Source: Amoebophrya sp. A120 (lineage: Eukaryota; Protista; Dinoflagellata). From it: a stretch of DNA of 64,000 nt. Below are positions 22,459-32,547 of the stretch, piece after piece. Numbering within the stretch: the stretch's first letter is position 1; the number at the start of each line of letters is the position of its first letter. The position numbers and the translations under genes are program-made. The DNA lies in NCBI GenBank assembly GCA_905178155.1, contig CAJINV010000004.1, positions 814,629-878,628 of the forward strand, read 5' to 3'. The notes beneath the pieces were generated by a model. The model ran no database searches. It was not told the DNA's origin and saw nothing but the letters and a program-made list of their open reading frames with translations.

Positions 22459-24780
22459 CTACAACACTTCATCCAGTTCACACACTTCCTGATCCTCCGT
22501 GCCTTCGCGCTTCCGCGCCTCGAGTTCTTGCTCCACGCCCTGGGCGAACATTTCGTAGTCCTTCGCGACCTGGCTGCCTTCTAACCCTTGCCGCAGGTAA
22601 AACAGCTTGGCCTGGTGCTGAATGTTCTCCTTGCTCGACTTGCGCGAAAACTTCTGGTACCGCTTCGCCTGTTGGAGCGCGCGGTCCAAAAACGTCTTCT
22701 GCACGGCTGTAGGAGTCGACTCGTCGTTGTCATGATCTGCGCCACTCCCAGTTTTGTTCGCTTCCACCTGAGCACCAACAGCACGCTCCTGAATAGTGCT
22801 GCTCGTCTCTTGCACTTCATGACCCTTCCCCACCTCCAATAGAGGAGCTGTTGTTCTTTGGTCAGCATAGTGCTTTCTGTAGCCGTACTGGAGCACCGTC
22901 GGGTTGCGGATGCTGTTATGGATTGTAAAAATGTCTGGGTCAGTCTGGAAACTTCAACTTGTGATGCAAGGAAGAGAATAGTGAGCTCACTGTAATGCGC
23001 CGCCAAGCATGACAAGTTTTTTTCATGGTTCTTAGTTGCGTATTCCACATTAGAATCTGCGTTTTTGCAACACAGGGAGGAGGAGCTCTTTGCGGCCACG
23101 CAATACAGAGTTCAGAGTCATGCCAGATTAGCATGACAAATCTCAGAATCTTCCAGACCCAGACATTTCTAAACTTCATAGCTGTCGTGCAGAGCGCTGG
23201 TTTGTTCGAAGGAGACACTGTTCGCCGTGGCTGCACTATCGTGAGAAAAAAGTGTTACAGTTACACACTCTCATGCAAGACAAGCAAGACAAACAACCTC
23301 TGTCATGCAGGAAACGCTAGACAGCGTCATTTCGTTTCTGTTTTCCCTTATAGTCTGCGCATTACAAGTTTTCTTTGCCATGCAGAGCAAATTTGTGATG
23401 CTGAAATTACAACAAATGTGTAACTCTAACACTTTTTTCCTGTGATATGCACTGGGTAGCGTGATTCCCTCTGTTGCCTTTCCCTTCCTCTCTTCCAACT
23501 CCGCTTCGTCGACGGCGAATTGGTCGGCGTTTTTCATGATTTTGCGGTACGGATTATCACGACGAGAAGATGAAAAATATTAGGATCACTAGCAGTGCTA
23601 AATCATAACACGAAAGCCTTTGCCTTTCCGGCGCACGAAGGAGCACTGCAGCGCAACTGCAAGGACATGTAAAAGAACAACAACCTGGTGCTGCAGCGCA
23701 CAGCATCTCAATATTGCGACAACATGACCCAAGTCATGTTACATCGATGCATGCACGTTGCGTCTAGGTAAAAAATCTTCAAACAGCAGGAGCGCAGAAG
23801 TTATTCTCATTTCGATCTTCTGTGTGATAAACGTCCTTCTCCTTTTCTTTCTTCTCTTTCAGCTTTGCCTGCAAGCTCGTCGCCAGTGGCTCGTATGCAA
23901 TACAACAACTTTGTTCCCGCTCGGCCGCGGGCACAACCACAACCGCAAAAATGGAGGTACAAAACCCACTCACAAATTCGAATTTCCTTCTTTGGGGACC
24001 TACAACAAACATGCGAAGACCACTACGTACTGCTCTCATCATGCGGAGAAGTAGACGAGCTTTTGCTTTTGTTCTGTCATGCATATTAGAGACCACTTGT
24101 TGCTGTTGTGCATTGTTTCACCGGGAAAAAGAAAAACTTCCTGCGAATAGCTTGTTCCCCAAATCCACCAACTTCAAGATCGTTTTCTTCACGTCTTCGT
24201 AACTGCTACTCTGCTCCATCCCGAGCTGCGCCTCGCCCAGCCGGAACCACGCCTTCGCGTTGGACTTGTCTTCCCTGAGCACGATAAAGAGTGCTTTTTC
24301 CGCTTGCTTCCACTCCGAAAGCTTCAAATGGCCCTGGGCGAGGTTCAAATACAGTGCGGTCTCCAGCTCCGTCGCGGATCTGGGCAGGAGAATAAATTGT
24401 CCCGCTTGCAGCACGTCCTTCAGCGCTTCCGTCCACTTCTGGTTTGCCGCTTTGAACTCATGGTTCTTGTACAGCTCATTCCCTTCTCCCTTCTTCACCA
24501 ACGCAGCGTCCAGCAGTGCGTGACCCTGCTCTTGATCGGCGGACGAATCAACGCGATCTGGACTGCTACTGTCGACAGAGGAAAGCTCAGGCTTGCTTGC
24601 CCTCCGTGGCGGAGGATCTGCTGATATCGAGCCCGCCACGCCCACGCCGTGATCCTGTAGCTCCTCCTGTTCGACGTCGTCATGTATCAGGTCGACCTCC
24701 GGATTGTAGTTACGCGCTCCGGTGGTCATGGTCGTGGAAGCTGATGCGGACGCTGGAGGACCAACCGCAGGGACCGTCAT
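22459..24780 (-). CDS. TPR-repeat protein (FKBP/Cyp40 co-chaperone-type TPR clamp), 431 aa, 4 introner introns
   Basis: KGEGNELYK..., LYLNLAQGHLKL, NAKAWFRLGEA TPR motifs. Exons 24780-24150, 23888-23830, 23549-23448, 23231-23181, 22911-22459 total 1296 nt and give ...GNKPLATSLQAKLKEKKEKEKDVYRKIMKNADQF..., a typical post-TPR helix. Confidence 0.8.
22917..23180. mobile_element. Introner family A variant, 264 bp
   Basis: tatggattgtaaaaatgtctgggtcagtctggaa ... ttccagacccagacatttctaaacttcata; TSD gctgt. Removal joins ALHDS|IRNPTVLQY. Confidence 0.9.
23237..23447. mobile_element. Introner family E, 211 bp
   Basis: 31-bp TIR tatcgtgagaaaaaagtgttacagttacaca / tatcacaggaaaaaagtgttagagttacaca; TSD tgcac. 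Removal joins TLPSA|ATANSV. Confidence 0.9.
23555..23829. mobile_element. Aged introner, 275 bp, TSD diverged
   Basis: TIR tatcacgacgagaagatgaaa / tatcacacagaagatcgaaa; flanks cggat versus aacgt. Removing the element plus 5 nt restores the frame. Confidence 0.7.
23894..24149. mobile_element. Aged introner, 256 bp
   Basis: TA...TA ends with weak TIR; TSD gctcg/gcttg. Removal joins DLGNK|PLATSLQ. Confidence 0.6.
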
Positions 24781-25624
24781 TTTCGGTGTCGCACCACGTC
24801 GTGGGCACAGACGGCGCGCCTGGCTGCTGCTCCCGAAATAATAGACCGACGCTCTCTTGTAGCTGCAAGTACAACATGAACATCAATGCCCAAGATGGTA
24901 CGGCACCGGTACTAGTATCACATCAACATCACCTTTCCAAAATCTAAATCTGTTTGACCAAGCCTGTTTGCTTCCGCGCGTTCACACTCACGCTCTCATC
25001 TGTTTTTTTCACTCTCACACTCAGGTAAGATCTCACACGACACTGAGGCTAGCATCTTGTTGCAAAGAGACCCTAACTTCTGACGAACAAGACAGGATAA
25101 CGCTCCGGCTAGCTGTACACATCATGAACGATGCGCTAGCACCGCCGTCTCCTCAACCTCAACGCAGCTCTACGCCAGCACTCGGCAGGCGCTTGCAACT
25201 GAGCTGCACTTCTCGTTTTTTTTTCTCGAAATTTGAATATGAAATCCTCTTCTCAAAGTCTTCGATAAGATAGGTCCGATCAGATTTTTACTGTCTTCAA
25301 GCTCTCACAGGAAAGTATAGATCGGGATAAACCAATACCACATTTTCCTGCGGTCACCTAGTTGTCCATTCCATCTGTAAAAACCGACATATCTGTCCTC
25401 TTGGTGTAGTAGGAGTGGTTCCTCTCACACAGCGAGATGAGCCAACTCTACTTTACTAGTAGATTCACAGTATTATAAATTCACCCAAAAGTAGTAGTCT
25501 CACTACGGATTGATTTTCGATACCATCTGTGGTCCACCCACGTTCTGACATAAAAAACATCAAAGCTGCGAGAGAATGGCATCTCAGATGAATCTCAACC
25601 CCACTGTCTGGCAGAAGCAATAAT

Positions 25625-26974
25625 TTACTTCTTTCCGCTCCCACCGCGAAGGATACCGGTGCGGCGGGCGGCGATGAGACCGACCTTCTGACCCGGGGGC
25701 GCGTTGCGGGCGGTGGTGGTCGGGTGACCAACGTGCTGGTGGTTACCACCACCGTGGGGGTGCTCCACCGGGTTCATCGCCACACCACGCACCTTGGGCC
25801 AGCAGTTACGCTTGACACGGTACTTGTGGAACGCGGTTCCGGCCTTCAGGAGCGGCTTGTCGATGCGACCGCCACCCGCGACGATGCCGACGATGGCGCG
25901 GGAACCGGAATTCAGGCGCTTGCGGGTACCGGACGGGAGCTTGACCATGGACTTCTTGCCGTCTTCGGAGTGACCGATCACAATGCAGGAGGTACCTTTG
26001 GGGAAGAGGAGAGTGGATTTGGATAAAGCCGGATTTAAATTCATCTAGCACTTACGAACAAGTCGCTCTATCTCTTAGACTGATGTCCGAGTACTACCTA
26101 GCTGCAAAACTTCATCTCTCACTACACCCAAGAGGATGCGTCGAGCTGTACTCTGCTAAAGCCATTGTACCGAAATCAGCCGAGTATTGAAGGGCGATGA
26201 AACTTTCACACATTAGCTCGATAAATCTGAAAAAAAAATACCGGAAGCGCGGGCGATGGAGCCGCGGTCAGCGAATTTGTCCTCAACCATGGAGACAACG
26301 GTTCCCTCCGGGCACTTGCCAATCGGCAACACGTTTCCGACGGCCAGCTGAGCGTTCTTACCTGTGATAGAATTTTTAGAAAGAGGATAATGTTGCGCAT
26401 CTGCATTCTAAGTTCTAGCACAGATAAATACCAACGTCGAAGAGTCGAGTCCTCGCATATAGTTCCCAAAACTCGAAGAGCGACATTGGACAACATCTAA
26501 ATCTCCCGGTATTGAGCAGGTGTGTTGCACGCCATATTCGGTAGAAGATTTGGAAATCTAAATTATCTCAACCCTCCTAAGCCGATCTCGATCCCTAGGA
26601 GTCGTGGTCCTACAGCTACCAAAAATGGTAAACGCTGCCGCACTGCTGCCGAAAACAGGAGCGACAATGAAAATCAGGAGAAAAAAAAGTTTTCTATTAA
26701 TACCGCAGTAGACGAACTGTCCGGTGAAAGTGCCCTCGACGGCGACCATGAGTTCCTTGTTGATGCGGTACTTGTAGGGGTCCCGGAAGTAGACCTTGGC
26801 CAGCGGGGCGCCACGACCCGGGTCGTGGATGATCTCCTTGACCAAGCCCTTCACGTACCCGTGACGCTCGGCGTAGTCCAGGCAGCGGAGCTTGGCGGCG
26901 CCCTTGCGGTGCTTGGTCTTGGCGGCGAACACGCCCCCGCGACCCTTACGCTGACCACGAACGATGCGACCCAT
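25625..26974 (-). CDS. RPL8: 60S ribosomal protein L8 (uL2), 253 aa, two GT-AG introns (26362-26703, 25996-26241)
   Basis: [11 protein letters not shown]..., [35 protein letters not shown]. Exons 26974-26704, 26361-26242, 25995-25625 total 762 nt. Confidence 0.97.
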
Positions 26975-28002
26975 TTTGGATGAGGTTTATGTTTTGGGGT
27001 GGATTTTAGTACTGTGTATCTACTTAGCAGTAATTTGAGGAGGATTCTCAAATTCCCTCGTGGTCCCTGTGGGTGCGATTGATGGGTGGATGTTGTAGTT
27101 GTGTCAGTTTTTTTTGTAGTAGAGAGTGGCTCCGTGTTTAAGATTGATTCTTTAGAGTGAGGAAACGTCATGAGCTTCTATTTCTGGTAGGTCCGTCGAG
27201 CAGGAGCAGGCGGTGATCACAATCATTTCCGTTTCTAAATTTCAACAGTTGAATTATTTCAACAGGATCTTTATTCTTGCGAATTTCATAGCAGTATCAA
27301 AGTGACTCAGTGTCGCACTGGAGATCGATTTTTGAAAGTTAAAGAGCTGGTGGATCTTATTCCTTATTTGGTTTTTGCGCATCTAAATTTAAAGGATCAT
27401 GATCTGATGCAGTTGTTTCACCATCTCAGTCACGCCATGGCATCTTTAGAACTACCGACTCCACGACGACTGGGAAATGCAGGTGTATATCATCTCTCCC
27501 TCCCTCTCTTTATCTTCAAGGTCAGCCAACTCTTTGATTTGAACGTCCTTTCGGAAGCTGGTGATTCTTTAAATGTTGATCCAAGTCGTGTTGAAAATGA
27601 AAGTGCTGCCATTGGAATTCTTATCAAGTCGTGCAGGTCTACTGAAGGGATCCACTTCAGCGATGTCGGACCTTCTCAGGCATCACTACGAACGTCTTGA
27701 GTGGATCTCTTCATCTGCATGGAGGAGCTAGTGTTCATTTCTACATATCAGATCATGTCGATCGCGAACTTGCTTCGACCAGCTGCAGCTTCAACGAAGC
27801 AGGTTGTCCACATTTTAAAATTTCTGACCGATCATCGCAAGAAAAACTAAAAGAAAGAGTCTCGAAGTGGAAGTGCACACTGCCAGCCTGAAGTGATCAT
27901 TTGCGTATCGACTCCTAAATGCTAGAAGTCTACTTCCAAACCCTCAGCTGGATCCGCATCCGCGCCACGTCGCAGGTCTGCTAACTATGTAAGTGCACCT
28001 TC

Positions 28003-30018
28003 TTACACACCTACGGCACCATACCTTCTGGTCCAATCTTCAAATTTCATCAAATCCACCTCTGATGACACAGACCCCTTAATCTGCAGCAGCGCCTGCT
28101 CAAAGTGTCTTCGTGACAATTTTGGCAGAACTGTTTTCTTCCGCAGGTCGGGGCGGGTCGAGCGCAGCTGCTCGTAGGAGATCTCCAGCACCGAATCCGG
28201 CTCGAAAACCTCGTCGTTCTGAATGTTGCCCACCTTGTTGCCACCGCTGAATATCACCGGTTCAAGGGCAAAATTGGATCGGGAAGATACTCTTGCTACG
28301 CCACCGTTTTTACTCGCCCCAGCACCGCCCAGGACGACCCCTGCCTCGTCTGACGAGGATCCGCCAGAGTTGTACGCTCCACTGCTCGCTGTAGCCCGCA
28401 AGAATGGGTGAGGCCGGATTTTCTTCCAAATTTTCGCGGTTGAAAACTCGCGGACGCACTCTTGCAGGGCTTGCAACACCAGCGCCTTTAAATCGCGGCC
28501 AGAGAAGAAATTGGTCGCGTCGACGACTGTATTGAGCACATGATTTCCATCAGCGGCTTCCGCGGCCTCGCGGGAGCTTGTCGCTACGCCCCTTGCTCGT
28601 CCTCTTTCATCTTCTTCCACATCAGAAGTTCTACTTGAGCTGCCAAACACATCAAAATCGCACCGCTCGTTCTTTAGCAATTGCCTCAGCAACTCCCGCC
28701 GCGCACTCCGATCCGGCAGCGGAATGTAGATTTTTTTCTGGAAACGACTTAATATCGCCCGGTCCAGCTCCCAGGGGACGTTTGTCGCGCCGATAACCAG
28801 CACGCCCTCAATACTGGGCCCCACACCGTCCAGCTGCACAAGAAACTCCGTCAAAACCTGCCGGCTGGATTCGGATTTCGAATCGCTCGACGATCCTGTG
28901 CGGTCGCCCATCAGCGAGTCGATCTCATCCAAGAAGACGACCGAGGGCGCTTTTTCCCGCGCAAGTTCGAATAAGAGTTTCACTAGTTTCGGCGATTCGC
29001 CCACATACTTGCACATCAAATCAGCGGCGGAGACGGAGAGAAACGTCGTGGTCGATGCGGCGGTGGAATGATTTTGGTTCGCTGCCGTGGCGGTGGCTGA
29101 TGATCCACTCCCTGTTTCTTGAGGACGCGAAGAAGAAGAAGAAGAAGAAGCTCCTGTGCGACCACGAGGCTGTTCATGCTCCTGAGTGCTACCTCCATTC
29201 TGTGTCTGCGAGCTGGCCACCGCTTTGGCCAAAAACGTCTTTCCCGTTCCCGGGGGTCCGTAGAGCAAAATCCCAGTCCAAGGAACCAGGAGTGATTTGT
29301 TCTCAATCGCGGAGGAGAAATTTCCGCCAGGAATGGTGATGATTTGGGAGGACGATGCAGAGGAAGCGGAACCAGTCATAGTCGTCGACACGGAGCCGAA
29401 CAAGTGTGGAAATTCCAATGGGAGCTCCACGGTTTGCCGCAGCGTCCGCTTCGCTTCCTCGAGTCCGGCGATGTCTTCCCATTTCGTATCACAGTCGGTC
29501 TCGCACCTTATCGCGCCCGATAACTGCGCCAACAAAGCTGCTTCGTCCTTCGATTTTGTGCCTGCTGGTGGCTTGTTGCCCGCCGCAGCTCCGATGTCAT
29601 CTACAACTTCCGAAAGTCCCGAGGAGGCCCTGCCAGTCCTGTTACCACCGCGGGCACCTGGGAAAAAGTTGTTTTTCGCACTGCCGCCGTTCGCCTGGGT
29701 TGGATGCGAAGCTCCAAGAACAGTTCCAACTTGTGGTTCCCCCGCCGCACTACAGCCCTGAAGATTTGGCTCCACCTTCGTGATCCCCTGGTCAAGCAAT
29801 TTTTTGATGTCTTCCGCCCGTTTCAGCATTTCCGTCATTTTCTGACGGTACAAGGGTTTGCTGCGCTCGTTTTTGCTGTACTTGAAACCCAAATTCATGA
29901 TCTCCATGCCGCTCATGTACTCCCGAAAGGCCTCCTGCAGCTGTCCGTTGCTGTCCAGAGTAACTGCAACCTGCAGGGTAGCGACGGCCTTGTCGAAATA
30001 CTGCTGAGGGTCCGACAT
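28003..30018 (-). CDS. VPS4: Vacuolar protein sorting 4 AAA+ ATPase (MIT + AAA + Vps4_C), intronless
   Basis: N-terminal MIT domain (KAVATLQVAVTLDSNGQLQEAFREYMSG), Walker A GPPGTGKT, Walker B VVFLDEID, LVIGATNVPWELD, C-terminal DLMKFEDWTRRYG. Confidence 0.92.
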   Translation of the reverse strand: MSDPQQYFDKAVATLQVAVTLDSNGQLQEAFREYMSGMEIMNLGFKYSKNERSKPLYRQKMTEMLKRAEDIKKLLDQGITKVEPNLQGCSAAGEPQVGTVLGASHPTQANGGSAKNNFFPGARGGNRTGRASSGLSEVVDDIGAAAGNKPPAGTKSKDEAALLAQLSGAIRCETDCDTKWEDIAGLEEAKRTLRQTVELPLEFPHLFGSVSTTMTGSASSASSSQIITIPGGNFSSAIENKSLLVPWTGILLYGPPGTGKTFLAKAVASSQTQNGGSTQEHEQPRGRTGASSSSSSSRPQETGSGSSATATAANQNHSTAASTTTFLSVSAADLMCKYVGESPKLVKLLFELAREKAPSVVFLDEIDSLMGDRTGSSSDSKSESSRQVLTEFLVQLDGVGPSIEGVLVIGATNVPWELDRAILSRFQKKIYIPLPDRSARRELLRQLLKNERCDFDVFGSSSRTSDVEEDERGRARGVATSSREAAEAADGNHVLNTVVDATNFFSGRDLKALVLQALQECVREFSTAKIWKKIRPHPFLRATASSGAYNSGGSSSDEAGVVLGGAGASKNGGVARVSSRSNFALEPVIFSGGNKVGNIQNDEVFEPDSVLEISYEQLRSTRPDLRKKTVLPKLSRRHFEQALLQIKGSVSSEVDLMKFEDWTRRYGAVGV

Positions 30019-32547
30019 GATGATCCGATCTTGATCTTCTTTGTTGTTAGTATAGATCGTTATTGACAGAGGTTACATACTGTTGACCCAATTTACCAAA
30101 ATCGACAGTTTGCATTTCTGTTCGCGAAGTCTAAAGGACCATGATGATGTGGGCTTAAGTGGACAACTGTTTCCGACAATCCAATATAAGACACACTTCG
30201 TCGTATCATGGCAGAAAACGTAAGGTGGATCGTACGCAGGCGCTCGAGCCTAGCCGGGCCTTGGAAGAAAAATCCCCTCTCAATGTTCCTACTTGCTGTG
30301 GGACGAAAAGTAAAACTACACAGCCTGCCGCTGAGCGAATATATTATCACTGGAGGACACAGGAGCAGGCGCTCTGTCGCCAGGTAAAAAGCTCATCCAA
30401 AATGAATCAAATCGGAACTGACCGCAAATATAAACGCAGCCACAGCCACAGCTGTGCAACCCCGCTGCTGTTTCACGAAGCCTCCGGCTCAAGTGGGGCG
30501 CCAATAGAATAACCACGTCGTTCTTGCCCCGGCTAAAAAAAACTCAGAGCCAGAGGAGCAAAACTGCTCAGAATGGGCCCTACCTCTAGAACCACGAGGA
30601 CCCCCACCGTTTGCACTTAGTACACATCAGAAGGCGCTGCCCTTCCTCGCGATACTGTCGCCAGGCTCGATTTTGTGGTTTCTTGTTACGCGAAATCAAG
30701 AAGATACGCTGCAACCCGTAGAAGAAGGGGCGCTAAGCAGTCATCAACATCATGCTGCGCCGACTTATAAATTGGCGTCTTGTAGTTGCCGCACGGCAGG
30801 CGGAAGCATTGTGCCTCTTTTGCTTTAGCTTTTCAAAAAAAACATCTGTAGTAGATATAAATCCAAGTGGTGCCTGCAGTCGTGATGTCGACAAATGATC
30901 ATTTACGTGGGCAGCTGCGCCTTTACCTTTGTCAACACTTCTCCGCCTGATGTTTCGCCATTTTAGCTCCACTCCCTAGCAAGGCTCATGGCCCGCGCGA
31001 TCGCTACGCTTCACGTATAGCGAGGTTGCCGCGGAATACACAATGATCGCCCGGTAGGAGCGGCTGCGGCAAAAACAGCGCTGGTGCGGCGCCGGTGCGC
31101 CTCGCCGAAGGTAAGGTGGCGACCCGGACCACCTGCTCGGAGCGAACGGCGTGCCAGGCTCGCTGGCAGCAAAGCGGCAAATGATCTTCACGCAGCTCCT
31201 GCGCGTGCGCCCGAATGTACCCAGAGGCAGATGGTGGGTTCGACGCACGTGCTACGCTCGCATCACATGTAAGTAGGCAGGGGCGGATATCAAAAGGAAG
31301 CGGCGTCGCACGCGCGAACGAGCAGCAGCTGTAATATTATTGATCGGATTGGAACGAGCTTAAACTCTTTCATTCATGGCAGCAATCTCAAACGTTAACA
31401 TACAAGACTCAGCTCCTCAGAAGACAGGAAATCCACACTTCAACACAACTGCTTTCTTCTTCATTCCGCGTAAACACGAGGTGAAACTCTACTTCTTTGG
31501 AAGCCATGTTGCGGGACACGAAGCAATAGCAATGCTGTGACACGAGGATGCGGTCCTGCACCTGCTGTCACTCCTGCTACCTTCATCGTCCGACCTCGTA
31601 CTAAACTACACATCAACAAGAAAAAAAGATCAGGAAAAAGAAAGGAGTAGATGATTGCGGTACCGATCCATTGACTTCTCAACGAAGCCGAAAATGAAGA
31701 TGTGAAGCGAGTCCAGCAAAACGATGTTTGGGGCTCATGACCTGCGCACAAGAAAACGGTCGTCAACAATCGCGCAGGAGGTCTCGGCGCGGCTTCCAGA
31801 TGAAGACCCGTTGAAACGAGGGGCTTGTACCTTCCCGATACCATAAAATATCGGTCTTTTTTTTCCTTCTTCCTGATCCTTCTTTTTTTACTGGTGCGGT
31901 GCTTGCTGCTAGTGTTGCGGTTCATCACACAACGCAACGGCATCGAGCTGTCTTTTCGAAATTATAGGTCGTTCTTCTCTGTTGTTACTGTAACTGTTTT
32001 ATTCTCGGAAGATTATAGCGCGTCAAGATGATGTCGAAGATTTTTGGTAGTCCGTACTCGACGTAGACGATCTTGATAGAAGACTTCGCTTGTCGAGGAG
32101 AGAAATCGCCAATTGAGAAAGGTGAAGAAGATTGACGGTTGTCGTATTGATGATGATGTCGTTCTACTGGCGGAGATTGCGGTATTCATCAACTTTCGCC
32201 GTGCGGCCGCTGCTCGTATGTTCTGATGTACTATAACGGGGAGAGGTTCTTCTGTCGCTACTAGTGGTTGTAGACCTTGCCTGGTGCTGGCAGCTTGATA
32301 GTCGGTTTTTAATACAGGGGGTCAGTACCTGTAGTGAGCGATAGCTGCCTGTTGTGAAGATCCATCTTCTACTTCAACAGCCCCTTGCAATCAGCACTAA
32401 TCGTCTACTTCTAGTACTTACTTCTGCTTCAGGAGTACTAGAAGCTGAATCTTCTCAGTCTCACGACTAATTCCGTATCCGTGCAGAAGATGATTGAAAA
32501 ATTGCACTGTACGTTTTTCATCAGTTCTTGTTCTCGTCCTGCTATAA

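Noticed and set aside
25996-26703. Intronic snoRNAs in RPL8
   Set aside because: A short tcgagct/agctcga stem is present in the second intron, but no convincing C box (RTGATGA) with terminal D box, or H/ACA layout, was found.
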